Source: Candidatus Hydrothermales bacterium (GTDB lineage: Bacteria; Hydrothermota; Hydrothermia; Hydrothermales; JAJRUZ01). From it: DNA of 64,000 bases. Positions 19,779 to 29,601 of this stretch are shown here, in pieces (position 1 is the stretch's first letter; the number at the start of each line of letters is the position of its first letter). Made by a program: the position numbers and the translations under genes. The notes beneath the pieces were generated by a model that saw only the letters and a program-made list of their open reading frames with translations, was not told where the DNA came from and made no database searches. Where the stretch lies: positions 1 to 64,000 of the forward strand of contig JBCNUW010000002.1 in NCBI GenBank assembly GCA_039630575.1. The letters are read 5' to 3'.

Positions 19779-20749
19779 TTTAAAACTTTTATAACTTTTT
19801 TTTCTTTTAATTTTCCTTTTATATCAAGAAGAAGAATGTATAATCCCTGTTTTTCTATTTTAAAAATAAATTCTTTAAGTTCATCTGCCACAATAAAACC
19901 GTTATAAATTTTTTTATAAACTTTTCCATCTTCTCTTATAAGAACTAGATCAATATACGAGGTTTGTGATAATTTTATTTGGGCTTTTACACTGTTTCCC
20001 TCAAAGATGATTTCTCTGTCAAGGATAAACTCCTTTAAGTTTATCCTTTCAAACCACTTTTCCTCTATTTCTGTCTGTTCGAAAGGTTTAATTCCTGAAT
20101 CTGGTTTTGAGTCAAAATTTTTATCAATATGGATTTTTAGAATTCTTCTTACATGTTCAGGAGGGATCCCGTCAACATCTTCATTGTCTGGTAAAATATC
20201 ACCAGCACCAGAGTGATCACCTCCAGCTATAAAAGAGATTATAACAATACTTGCGTTCTGTTTAAAATTTTCACCAAAAAAAATATTAAATGGAATTTTT
20301 GCTTCCAAAATACTATTTTCACCTGATTTTCCCTTATTGAAAATTTCAATATTTGAAGTCAAATCACTTGTTGATCCGTTAATACTAATTTTTCTAAAAC
20401 CCCCTTTTAAAAGGTCTCCGTCCCATAGAGCTATCATAAAGTTGGCACTAAACCCAACAAGTTTTATATTTCTTGGATAAAAGTTAAGATTATCAAGATC
20501 CTGTAAACCTTCTTCTCCAACATTAAAGATGATTAAAAGTGCATTGTTTTTTACAATATACTCGATACCTAAATATAAGTTACTTTTATCCCATGTTATA
20601 TAGAGGTCTTTAACTTCATTTTGTAACCCCCAATAACTGTCGCCAAAATTATCAGAGTAAACTTTTTCATAATCAAGAAAATCACTTAAATCTCCATCTA
20701 TATTTATGGTGTGATAAGTAAGGTTGAAAAATAAAAATATAAATAACAT
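19775..20749 (-). CDS. Exported DOMON/CBM9-like protein with Ig-like T9SS-type C-terminal domain
   Basis: YHTINIDGDLSDF, LYITWDKSNLYLGI, LEAKIPF; tail DGKVYKKI...GLYILLL...KKVIKVLK. Confidence 0.6.
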   Translation of the reverse strand: MLFIFLFFNLTYHTINIDGDLSDFLDYEKVYSDNFGDSYWGLQNEVKDLYITWDKSNLYLGIEYIVKNNALLIIFNVGEEGLQDLDNLNFYPRNIKLVGFSANFMIALWDGDLLKGGFRKISINGSTSDLTSNIEIFNKGKSGENSILEAKIPFNIFFGENFKQNASIVIISFIAGGDHSGAGDILPDNEDVDGIPPEHVRRILKIHIDKNFDSKPDSGIKPFEQTEIEEKWFERINLKEFILDREIIFEGNSVKAQIKLSQTSYIDLVLIREDGKVYKKIYNGFIVADELKEFIFKIEKQGLYILLLDIKGKLKEKKVIKVLK

Positions 20750-21958
20750 TCAGTTTCCTTCTAATAACTTTTTAATTCGATCCTGCAAATTTTTTTGGAC
20801 TTCTTCAATTTCTTTTTCACCCTTTATAAATGGGGAGATTTCTTGTATATAGATTCTTTCCACTTCAGGATATTCCGCGACAGGTGCTCTTGGTTTGGTA
20901 CTTTCTATAGCTTTTATTAAAGTTTCCATAATTTTATTTTCTTTGAGGTCTATCATAGAGACTACTTTTTTGTTAACAGGAATTTGACCGAGAGTTTTAG
21001 CCCATTTAAGTTGAATTTCTTCGGAAATAAGGTATTTAAGAAATTTCATAGCATTTTCTTTGTTTTTTGAATTTTTAAACAATACCATCTGAGTGCCACC
21101 AAGTGCTGTGAATGATCCAGCTTTTCCCTTAGGAATCAAAGCAATTCCAAAGGGAAAGTTTATATCCTTAAGACTTTTTATTTTCCAAGGACCAGAAAAA
21201 ATCATAGCATATTTTTCATTTATAAAACCCATGTCTGGATTAACAGCACCTTCAAGAAAGGCACCGCCTTCAACTTTATGTTTTAAATAAATATCTCTTT
21301 TGAAAATCAGTGCTTCTTTAAAAGCTTCATCAAGAAAAAGTGGGTTACCTTGTTTATCAAAGACTTCAGAACCAAAGGTATAAAAAAATGGAAGGTCCCA
21401 CCATAAAGTATTTCTCATTCCAAACCCGTATATTCCTCTTTTTAAATCTGTCAACTTTTTTGAATATTCGAGGAATTCTTCCCAAGTGGAAGGGGGTTTT
21501 AAGCTATCAAGTCCTTTTTCTGCAAACAATTTTTTGTTATAAAAAAGTAGTATGCATGTTACCTGATCTGGTATCCCATAGAGCTTTCCATTATAATAAG
21601 AGGATTTCAAAGGAGCTTCGTATAAATCTTTTAAAATATCAACAAAGTAATTTGTATCAAGTTCTGCAAGTATACCTTTTTTAGCAAGAAGATAAACTTG
21701 AGCTATATCAAGTCTTGAAATATCTGGGTTTTGTCCAGCTATTACAGAGGTTAGTATTTTCTCGAGCATTCCTTCAAAGGGTACTCTTTGAACATTAATC
21801 TTTATATTGTGAGATTTTGTAAATTCTTTTACTATTTCATTAAAAACTCGGAATTCTTCGTCATTATAGGAAACCCATACTGTAAGTCCCCTTTTAAAAT
21901 CTTCTTTACAGAAAGCAAAAAAGGTTATAAAGAGAATAAATAGAAAAAATTTTTTCAT
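20750..21958 (-). CDS. Sugar (maltodextrin-type) ABC transporter substrate-binding lipoprotein
   Basis: MKKFFLFILFITFFAFC, YNGKLYGIP, LFYNKKLF, PPSTWEE, AMIFSGPW. ATG at 21958 preferred over the track's 21976. Confidence 0.88.
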   Translation of the reverse strand: MKKFFLFILFITFFAFCKEDFKRGLTVWVSYNDEEFRVFNEIVKEFTKSHNIKINVQRVPFEGMLEKILTSVIAGQNPDISRLDIAQVYLLAKKGILAELDTNYFVDILKDLYEAPLKSSYYNGKLYGIPDQVTCILLFYNKKLFAEKGLDSLKPPSTWEEFLEYSKKLTDLKRGIYGFGMRNTLWWDLPFFYTFGSEVFDKQGNPLFLDEAFKEALIFKRDIYLKHKVEGGAFLEGAVNPDMGFINEKYAMIFSGPWKIKSLKDINFPFGIALIPKGKAGSFTALGGTQMVLFKNSKNKENAMKFLKYLISEEIQLKWAKTLGQIPVNKKVVSMIDLKENKIMETLIKAIESTKPRAPVAEYPEVERIYIQEISPFIKGEKEIEEVQKNLQDRIKKLLEGN

Positions 21959-21997
21959 ATCTTTATTATAAAGCAATATTTTTTTTATAATAAAAAC
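21959..21997. promoter_or_regulatory. Back-to-back divergent -10 boxes in a 39-bp gap
   Basis: TATAAT on minus at 21965-21970 and on plus at 21986-21991, each 6 nt from its ATG; no SD on either side. Confidence 0.6.
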
Positions 21998-23308
21998 ATG
22001 GTTGAGAAAATTTTAAAAAAAATCAAAAATAAGGAAATAAAAATTGGTGTTATAGGGCTTGGTTATGTTGGTCTTCCATTAAGTGAGCTTTTTCTTAAAA
22101 AGGGTTTTAAAGTTCTTGGATACGATGTCTCTGAAGAAAAAATTGTTAATTTTCAAAAAGGACAATTTGAAATAGAGGATGTAAATACAGTTTTTCTTAG
22201 TGAAAAAATTAAGTCAAAAGAATTTATCGTAAGTAGTAAAGAGGAAATAATAAATGAAATGGAAGCAATTTTTATATGTGTGCCCACACCTGTTACAAAA
22301 GAAAGGGTTCCTGATCTTTCTTATGTAATTACGGCTGCTAATTCTATCAAACGAAACATGAAAGAGGGTCAAATTATTGTATTGAAATCAACTACTTTTC
22401 CTGAGACAACTGAGAAAATTTTACTTCCAATTTTTGAGGATAAAGATTTCAAAGTAGGAAAGAACTTTTATCTTGGTTTTGTACCAGAGAGAGTAAATCC
22501 TGGTGATAAGGTATTTACAATTGATAAGATTCCTGTAGTTACAAGTGGTGTTACAAAAAATTGTTTAAAGTTAATAAATGCCATATACAATGAGATTGTT
22601 CCATCTATTTTTCCAGTTTCCTCTCCGAAAATAGCAGAGATGAGTAAAATTTATGAAAATATATTTAGAAATGTAAACATAGCGCTTTCTAATCAGATGG
22701 CAGTTTTATGTGATAGGATGGGAATTGATATATGGGAAGTAATTGAGGCAGCGAAAACAAAACCCTTTGGTTTCATGCCTTTTTATCCTGGACCAGGTGT
22801 TGGAGGACATTGTATACCTGTTGATCCCTATTATCTTTCCTTTAAGGCAAAGGAATATGATATGGAACTTGATTTTATAACTCTTGCTGCCAAAGTAAAC
22901 GATGAAATGCCTTACTATGTTGTAGAAAGAATTATAAGGATTTTAAATAAAGAGAGAATTTTGCCTCCTGAGTCAAAAATACTTATTTTAGGTGTCGCCT
23001 TTAAAAAAGACATAAAGGATATAAGACATTCTCCTGCAATAAAGATTATCTCTATTTTGGTCAATTTAGTAAAGAAAGTTGAATATATTGATCCACATGT
23101 ACCTGAAATTAAGGAATTAAATAAAAAGAGCTTGAAATATAAAAGTGATATTTTTAAATTATTTGATCTTGTTGTTATATTGACAGATCATTCTGATTTT
23201 CCTTATGAAGAAATATACGAAAATTCAAAACTTATATTTGATACAAGAGGAGTTTATAAGGTAAAAAGTAAAAAAATTTATAAACTCGGAGAGGGAAAAA
23301 AAATTTAG
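21998..23308 (+). CDS. Nucleotide-sugar dehydrogenase (UDP-GlcNAc/ManNAc 6-dehydrogenase, WbpA/WecC family)
   Basis: GLGYVGLP, ICVPTP, KSTTFP, PERVNPG, GPGVGGHCIPVDP, AFKKDIKDIRHSP. Confidence 0.92.
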   Translation: MVEKILKKIKNKEIKIGVIGLGYVGLPLSELFLKKGFKVLGYDVSEEKIVNFQKGQFEIEDVNTVFLSEKIKSKEFIVSSKEEIINEMEAIFICVPTPVTKERVPDLSYVITAANSIKRNMKEGQIIVLKSTTFPETTEKILLPIFEDKDFKVGKNFYLGFVPERVNPGDKVFTIDKIPVVTSGVTKNCLKLINAIYNEIVPSIFPVSSPKIAEMSKIYENIFRNVNIALSNQMAVLCDRMGIDIWEVIEAAKTKPFGFMPFYPGPGVGGHCIPVDPYYLSFKAKEYDMELDFITLAAKVNDEMPYYVVERIIRILNKERILPPESKILILGVAFKKDIKDIRHSPAIKIISILVNLVKKVEYIDPHVPEIKELNKKSLKYKSDIFKLFDLVVILTDHSDFPYEEIYENSKLIFDTRGVYKVKSKKIYKLGEGKKI

Positions 23309-23342
23309 TTTATCTTTATAATTTAAAAAAGGAGGAAATAAA

Positions 23343-25328
23343 ATGAAACTCTTAGCCTTTTTTGTTATACTTCATTATATAAACGTAGATGGAAATCCAA
23401 GCGATTGGATAGGAACACCTCCGAGTTTGGTTCATGATTTTACATTTTCTGGAGGTGAATTTATATATAAAGGTGATTTTAACGATTTTAGAACAGATTT
23501 AGGCAATACTTTGTATCTTGACATCACCGAATTCAGGTTAACATGTGATAATACTTGGATTTACTTTTTGATAAAGTTTAACGATATTGGTCCTTTTGAT
23601 AGGGATTTAATTCATATTGAAATTTCATTAGGAAATCCTAATGATCCAACAAGATATGAGTGGATAGGTGATGATGCACAACTTGGTCTTACCCGTAGGG
23701 CTTTAGCCGATAGGATCATAGCCCTTCATTCCACAACCCCTTCAAATTTTAACATAGAAATGTGGGATGGAGGGGTTTGGTATGCACCTCCTACTCCTGG
23801 GTATCTTGCAGTTGTGAGTGATATTTATAACTGTGTTGAAGCAAGAATATCTCTTAATGATGTTGCTGATGGATCTTTAATTTTGCCCTCAGTAATAAGA
23901 ATTTCACTTGTAAGTTTTAAAAACAACGTAGGTTGGAATAACGATATTGATGCAACAGCTGACATAGGGGGTATTCCGATTAATGATGGAATTGATGTTA
24001 TGGGAGGTAAAAAGGGAGTATCAGAGAATGCTTGGTTTAGGGATTTAAGTGATAATTTGGTAAACAGCTTCTTTGATATTCTATTAAAGAGAAATGGTGA
24101 TGCCCGTAATTTTAAAAGAATTGTAGATGGTTCTCCTACAGACTGGATAGGTTCTCTTCCTTCACAAATTCATGAAGTTATATATTCAAAGAGAGAGTGG
24201 ATCTATAGAGGCGATATAGGTGATATGAGAGAGGATCCACATGTTCCTGATGATTCGGTTTTTGATTTGAAAGAATTAAGATTAACTGTTGATAGTGTAA
24301 ATCTATATATACTTGCCAAGTTTCATAAAATGGATTTTCAGGAGACCCAGATAGCTCTTTCTGTTGATAAAGACCAAAATCAGGGAGATGACCTTTTGAA
24401 AATTAACGGTGATGATACAGGAACTAACCTTTCTCAAAGTATCCAATATTCTGAAAGAGAAGTTATTTTAACAGCTGATTCGGTGAATCATGCTGAGATT
24501 TTCCTATTTGCTGATGATGGTTCATTGTGGTATACCCCAGTTTCACCATATAGAATTGTAATTGATCCTATTAATAAAACTATTGAAGGAAGAATTTTAC
24601 TTTCTGATTTAAGCTTAAAGCCTAATGATACAATAATTTTATCAGGTGCAAGCTATGATGCAAATGTTCAGGGTATTGGCAACAGTCCTAATGGTTCTGA
24701 TAATCCTGCAACTCCGCAGATTGAGGAGGGAGATATGAGTGTTGACTACATGGTTTGTGATGCCTTAGATGTGATTGGTGGGAATGTGGGAGTTTCTCAA
24801 AATTCTTGGATTAGAGATTTACAAGATGGGGATTTAGATTTTTATTATACTGTTTATTTACAAAATATCTTGCAGCCACTTGGTTTTTTTGAGGAGTTTG
24901 TTGTTTTTGAAAATAAGGAATATGGAATACTGATAAGGTATAGTATTGATACAGAGGATGAAATTGAAATTCTTAAAAAGCAAGAAAATGGTGAGTATTA
25001 TAGGATTTTTAGTTCAAAACAGAAAGATGGAGTGTATTTAGATAAGGACGTTATTCCCTCAAAAGTGTACTTTTATTTATTAAAATCAGGGGATAAAATT
25101 TTTGGTCCTTATAAAGTTATTTATCAAAGAGTTTATGAGAAAGCTTTAAAGATTTATAATTTTGATTTTATATATTTACCTGAGATGAAAAATTTAATTA
25201 TATTTGATGTAGGAGGTAGAGGAAGGTTGATGGTTGGAGAGAAGAAAGTGAGGCTTTATGATTTTAGAAATGGCGTTTATTTTATAAGGGATAGGGATAA
25301 AACATATAAGGTTTTGAAAGTGAGATGA
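23343..25328 (+). CDS. Exported protein with two tandem DOMON-like repeats and T9SS-type C-terminal domain
   Basis: [10 protein letters not shown]...DITEFRLT...DVMGG and [10 protein letters not shown]...DLKELRLT...DVIGG; tail IFDVGGR...NGVYFIR...KVLKVR; SD AGGAGG. Confidence 0.7.
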   Translation: MKLLAFFVILHYINVDGNPSDWIGTPPSLVHDFTFSGGEFIYKGDFNDFRTDLGNTLYLDITEFRLTCDNTWIYFLIKFNDIGPFDRDLIHIEISLGNPNDPTRYEWIGDDAQLGLTRRALADRIIALHSTTPSNFNIEMWDGGVWYAPPTPGYLAVVSDIYNCVEARISLNDVADGSLILPSVIRISLVSFKNNVGWNNDIDATADIGGIPINDGIDVMGGKKGVSENAWFRDLSDNLVNSFFDILLKRNGDARNFKRIVDGSPTDWIGSLPSQIHEVIYSKREWIYRGDIGDMREDPHVPDDSVFDLKELRLTVDSVNLYILAKFHKMDFQETQIALSVDKDQNQGDDLLKINGDDTGTNLSQSIQYSEREVILTADSVNHAEIFLFADDGSLWYTPVSPYRIVIDPINKTIEGRILLSDLSLKPNDTIILSGASYDANVQGIGNSPNGSDNPATPQIEEGDMSVDYMVCDALDVIGGNVGVSQNSWIRDLQDGDLDFYYTVYLQNILQPLGFFEEFVVFENKEYGILIRYSIDTEDEIEILKKQENGEYYRIFSSKQKDGVYLDKDVIPSKVYFYLLKSGDKIFGPYKVIYQRVYEKALKIYNFDFIYLPEMKNLIIFDVGGRGRLMVGEKKVRLYDFRNGVYFIRDRDKTYKVLKVR

Positions 25329-26215
25329 AAGTTTTTTTTCCTTTTTTGTTAGTTATTCCTTTTCTTTTTATATTTCTTATTTTTCTTTTTTTTCCCTTAT
25401 TTTTTTCCCTTTATTTGAGTTTTTTTAAAATTGAAGACTTTTATAATCTTTTTGGTTCTTTAAGGTTTGTTGGTTTTGAAAATTTTATTAACTTAATAAA
25501 AAATCCTGAGGTTTTATGGTCAATTGTTGCAAGTTTTATTTACGGAATTTTTTATGTCCCTATACTCTTAACTGTTTCTCTTTTTCTCGCAACTTTACTT
25601 TCTCCTCCCCTTTTAAGGCTTAAGAAGTTATTCAGAACTATTTACTTTTTCCCATTTTTACTGGACACTTTTGTCGTTGGAATTGTTTTAACCTTAATTT
25701 TAGCTTTTCCCTACGGATATATTTTTAAGTTACTTTCTTTGCTTAAAATAAGTGGATTTTTTAAGGAGGGATTTTTATCAGATCCTTATCTTGTGTTTTT
25801 AACAGTTTCAATTTCTATGGCTATCAAAAATTCTGGTTTTGGTATGTTATTAATTCTTGCAGGTATGCAGTCTATTCCAGAATCTTTGTATGAGGCTGCG
25901 AAAATTGACGGAGCAAATTCTTTTGAAATCTTCAGGCATATTACTTTTCCTTTAATAAAGCCTATTTGTTATTTTATTGGTTTTTTTGGTTTCATTGGTG
26001 CTTTTTCTTCCTTTGCTGAATTTTATTCAATGACAGGGGGTGGTCCACAGATAAAACTTTTAGATTACAGTTTAAGTGAGACAAATGTATCAGGTCTTAT
26101 TCTTTACAGGTTAGCTTCACAGCTTAAGTTACCTGAGGCATCAGCTTTTTCACTTATCCTCTTTGTTATCTTTTTATTTATATACTTTTCTACTAAGGGT
26201 TTTAAAGAAAAATGA
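25325..26215 (+). CDS. Carbohydrate ABC transporter permease (MalF/UgpA type)
   Basis: FVGFENF, EAA loop [21 protein letters not shown]. Confidence 0.92.
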   Translation: MKVFFPFLLVIPFLFIFLIFLFFPLFFSLYLSFFKIEDFYNLFGSLRFVGFENFINLIKNPEVLWSIVASFIYGIFYVPILLTVSLFLATLLSPPLLRLKKLFRTIYFFPFLLDTFVVGIVLTLILAFPYGYIFKLLSLLKISGFFKEGFLSDPYLVFLTVSISMAIKNSGFGMLLILAGMQSIPESLYEAAKIDGANSFEIFRHITFPLIKPICYFIGFFGFIGAFSSFAEFYSMTGGGPQIKLLDYSLSETNVSGLILYRLASQLKLPEASAFSLILFVIFLFIYFSTKGFKEK

Positions 26216-27006
26216 AAAGGTATTTACTCCTTTTATTTTTCTCACTTTTATATATTTTTCCCTTTTACTTTATGCTTCTTGTAGCTTTTAGACCAGAAGT
26301 TTTAGCGCTTAGTATGAATCTTTTGCCTTCAAATCTTACTTTTGAGAATTTTGTTAGAATTTTTAAGTACCATAACTTTGGAAGATACTTTATAAACAGC
26401 TTGATAGTTGCTTTTTCAGGAGCTTCTATTTCAACCTTTTTAGCATTTATCTGTGCTTATTCCTTTGCAAAAGAGAATTTTCTGTTTAAGGGTTTTTTAT
26501 ATAACCTATTTGTTTCTACACTTCTTGTTCCAGGTATTCTTTTTATGATTCCTCAATTTCTGATAGTTGTATATTTAAGATGGCTTGATACCTTTTTGGG
26601 ACTTGTTGTTCCTCATCTTGCTAACGTTTTTGGTTTCATTTTTTTGACGGAGTATATAAAGAAAATTCCCGATGATTTAATTTATGCAGCAATAATTGAT
26701 GGGGCTTCTAAAATTAGAATTATATTTAATATTATTTTTCCTCTTTCGATGCCTATGCTTCTTACAATTTTTCTTCTAAATTTTCAGTTTCATTGGAACA
26801 ACTTTTTATGGCAACTTCTTGTAACAACCAAAAATAGTATGTTTACAATTCCTGTAGGTCTTAATAGTTTAACCTCAATGTATCAGGAATACTTTGGAGC
26901 AAAGATGGCAGGAGCTTCTCTTTCTATAGTACCTGTTGTTTTACTCTTTTTAATCTTTCAAAGATACTTTATTCAGGGTATAATAAGGGGGGGGCTTAAA
27001 TTTTAA
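26212..27006 (+). CDS. Carbohydrate ABC transporter permease (MalG/UgpE type)
   Basis: [38 protein letters not shown]. Confidence 0.92.
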   Translation: MKRYLLLLFFSLLYIFPFYFMLLVAFRPEVLALSMNLLPSNLTFENFVRIFKYHNFGRYFINSLIVAFSGASISTFLAFICAYSFAKENFLFKGFLYNLFVSTLLVPGILFMIPQFLIVVYLRWLDTFLGLVVPHLANVFGFIFLTEYIKKIPDDLIYAAIIDGASKIRIIFNIIFPLSMPMLLTIFLLNFQFHWNNFLWQLLVTTKNSMFTIPVGLNSLTSMYQEYFGAKMAGASLSIVPVVLLFLIFQRYFIQGIIRGGLKF

Positions 27007-27008
27007 TT

Positions 27009-28007
27009 TTATTCTAAAATCCACAATTTAAGTAAATCCTTAAATTTTTTCTCATGCTTTATTTTGAATTTCTTCTCTTTTCTTCCCAATTTTACTTTAA
27101 TAGTTTTTATTACACCTTCTCTTTTGATTTCCATCTTTACTTCAGAATTAGATGGCGTACTTTTTACATCATAAACAAAGTCTTTCACATTATGATATTT
27201 CTTCTCATCATAACTTACTATTATGTCATCTTCTCTGAGACCAGCTTTTTCTGCTGGTGAGTTTTGAAGCACTTTATTTACTTTTAAACCCTCACCCTCT
27301 TTATAGTCTACTAAGATTCCAAGGAAACCTTCGTAGATTTTGCCTTTTTCTTTCATCAAATTTACTCTCTTAAGAATGTAATCATAGGTATAACCGATTG
27401 TAGTATGAGGTAAATTAAATTGGTAGTAAAAGTATGGTAACTTTTCTTTTAATTTTTTTGTTTCTATTTTTTCAATTATGTCAAAGTCAATTTTACCTCC
27501 CCTTAAAATTCCAAATATTTTTCCCTCATGGTTTACTATTGGAGCACCGGAGAAGGAAGGTGGTATTTTTGTTTCTATAAAGATTTTTCCATTATTTTCC
27601 TCGTATATAGGAAGAATTAAAAAACTTCCTTTTCCCTTTAGAGAAAAAGAGAGGGCAATTTTTGGTAAGTTTTCGTCAAATTTTGCAAATTCAGGAATCC
27701 TTAACTCCTTGGTTGTTTTTATAATTGCAATTTTTGTAAATTCATCCCACCCTTCAATCTCTCCCTTGTATTCGTTACCATCTTTATCAAAAAATAAAAT
27801 ACTCTCATTTTCTTCAACTTGGGGCAATATTGTGATGAGTCTTTCCTTATCGAAGGAAAATCCAGTTGTCCATAAATTTTTAAATTTTAATTCAAAAAGT
27901 GAAGGGTTAATTTTTTTATAAATTTCCTGAATTTCTTCCTCTAATTTCTTTAGCATTTGAGAGTTAAGTAGATTTATAGTAATTAAGAAAAGTAAGAATT
28001 TTTTCAA
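27009..28007 (-). CDS. HtrA-like trypsin-PDZ protein with degenerate catalytic triad
   Basis: PPSFSGAPIVNHEGKIFGI (protease Ser loop), GFLGI...NSPAEKAGLREDDII (PDZ); catalytic His and Asp positions not conserved. Confidence 0.8.
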   Translation of the reverse strand: MKKFLLFLITINLLNSQMLKKLEEEIQEIYKKINPSLFELKFKNLWTTGFSFDKERLITILPQVEENESILFFDKDGNEYKGEIEGWDEFTKIAIIKTTKELRIPEFAKFDENLPKIALSFSLKGKGSFLILPIYEENNGKIFIETKIPPSFSGAPIVNHEGKIFGILRGGKIDFDIIEKIETKKLKEKLPYFYYQFNLPHTTIGYTYDYILKRVNLMKEKGKIYEGFLGILVDYKEGEGLKVNKVLQNSPAEKAGLREDDIIVSYDEKKYHNVKDFVYDVKSTPSNSEVKMEIKREGVIKTIKVKLGRKEKKFKIKHEKKFKDLLKLWILE

Positions 28008-28390
28008 GGCATTACCTCCTCATAGGATATTTCGTAAATCATGTCAGTATAGTATATTTTTACTGGGTCAAATTCCCTTTTGGTTACTGTTTCTCTTTTA
28101 AAAGTATTTTTTTCAAATAATTTGTTTTGAAAAAAAATGCCTAAGACTATAATTATAATTAGCGATAAAGCAAATGCTGCTCTTAAATATTTTAATTTTG
28201 TTTTCTCCTTTTTTATAGGAAATTTCTCTAATAGAGAAGGAGATAAGATTTTTATTGTTAGAATATCCTCATAAATTTTTTTACAACCTTTACAGATTTT
28301 CATGTGATTTTCAACAGAAATTTTTTCTTTCTCATTTAGGTATCCATCAATATAGAGCGAGATTTTTTCTATAAATTCCTTACAAAACAT
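28004..28390 (-). CDS. Zinc-finger (zf-HC2) anti-sigma factor
   Basis: C..(ISLYIDG)..HMKICKGC (HxxxCxxC), one TM segment; directly after ECF sigma. Confidence 0.88.
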   Translation of the reverse strand: MFCKEFIEKISLYIDGYLNEKEKISVENHMKICKGCKKIYEDILTIKILSPSLLEKFPIKKEKTKLKYLRAAFALSLIIIIVLGIFFQNKLFEKNTFKRETVTKREFDPVKIYYTDMIYEISYEEVMP

Positions 28391-28862
28391 TTTTAAGTTT
28401 CTCCCTTAGGTATAATCTTGCTCGTGATATTCTTGATTTTACTGTGCCGATTGGTATTTTTAATATTTTTGATATTTCTTCGTAAGAATAAAGGTGAACA
28501 TCTCTTAAAATAAAGGCATCTTTTAAATTTTGGGGCATATTTTCAATTTCTTCTTCTAATCGTGATTTAATTATATACATTTTTATTGGATCAATATTAA
28601 TATACATTGAGTGATTTTCTTCATCTAAGGGTACTTCTTTTTCTTTTTTTCTTTTTCTTAAATAATCTATACTTTTATTTTTTGCTACCTTATATAAAAA
28701 GGCTTTTGTATTATTTACATTTTCCATATTTTCATAGAATTTTACAAAGGTCTCATCTACTATATCTTCTGAAATTTCTCTATCATTTACAATACTTTTA
28801 ACATATCTAATTAATTTTTCTTTCATCTTTACATAAATTTCATTAAATTTTTTTTCCTTCAT
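28380..28862 (-). CDS. ECF RNA polymerase sigma factor
   Basis: SEDIVDETFVK, FLYKVAKNKSIDYLRK, SYEEISKILKIPIGTVKSRISRAR. Confidence 0.93.
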   Translation of the reverse strand: MKEKKFNEIYVKMKEKLIRYVKSIVNDREISEDIVDETFVKFYENMENVNNTKAFLYKVAKNKSIDYLRKRKKEKEVPLDEENHSMYINIDPIKMYIIKSRLEEEIENMPQNLKDAFILRDVHLYSYEEISKILKIPIGTVKSRISRARLYLREKLKNVL

Positions 28863-28870
28863 ATTTTAAA

Positions 28871-28896
28871 GACGATTTTTCTACTTAACAAGTTCC
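28871..28896 (-). promoter_or_regulatory. ECF-type autoregulatory promoter GGAAC-N17-CGTC
   Basis: Minus strand reads GGAAC ttgttaagtagaaaaat CGTC tttaaaat ATG, matching the AAC/CGT consensus of ECF promoters. Confidence 0.7.
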
Positions 28897-29579
28897 ATAT
28901 TCTGAAAAAGCTTTTTTGCTCTTTCAATGTCCTCATATGTATCAAGGTCAATCCATAGAAAGCCTGACACCTTAGAAATTTCCAGTTTTGCTTTCTTTAT
29001 TATTTCACTTATTTTTATCTTTTTCTTTTTTTTCTCAAGTTCTATTGCATAATCAACAAATTTTCTATCAGTTACAATAAAACCTGTGTCAAAGGCGTTG
29101 AATTTTTTGAGATTCTTCCCGATTCTGATAACTTTTCCATTTTCATAATAAACCTTTGTAGCCTCCTTTTTATCAATATATTTACCAATTTCATCAACAA
29201 TTAGTCCCTTCTTTTTTATTGCTTCTTCTATAAATTTTTTCTCATAAAGATGATCTCCCATTATAAGTATAAAGTTTTCATTTTCCTTTATATAATCCTT
29301 TAGTAGAAAGACAGAATAACCATTTTCTCTCTCAGGAAAATCATTCGTTATAACTTCTAAATTTATATTATTTTCTTTTAAAAAAGCTTCTATTTTGGTT
29401 TTGTATTTAGAATTTATTACTATTATAAATTCTTCAACTGAAAACTCCTTTAAATTTTTAATATTACTGAGTAAAATTTCACTTCCGTTTATCTTCAAAA
29501 GTGATTTAGGTATGTTGTCTGAAAAGGGTTTGAGTCTTTTTCCAGTTCCTGCAGATAGTATAATTGCCTTTTTTCTCAT
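28881..29579 (-). CDS. Nucleotidyltransferase, inositol-1-phosphate cytidylyltransferase (IPCT)-like
   Basis: AIILSAGTGKRL, PERENGYS, MGDHLY, EATKV, IGKNL...DTG, WIDLDTYED. Confidence 0.7.
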   Translation of the reverse strand: MRKKAIILSAGTGKRLKPFSDNIPKSLLKINGSEILLSNIKNLKEFSVEEFIIVINSKYKTKIEAFLKENNINLEVITNDFPERENGYSVFLLKDYIKENENFILIMGDHLYEKKFIEEAIKKKGLIVDEIGKYIDKKEATKVYYENGKVIRIGKNLKKFNAFDTGFIVTDRKFVDYAIELEKKKKKIKISEIIKKAKLEISKVSGFLWIDLDTYEDIERAKKLFQNMELVK

Positions 29580-29601
29580 TATTGATTTTACGCTATTTTA
29601 T

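Noticed and set aside
26987..26994. G8 tract as a phase-variation site
   Set aside because: It encodes RGG in the last six codons of the permease, so slippage would alter only the tail.
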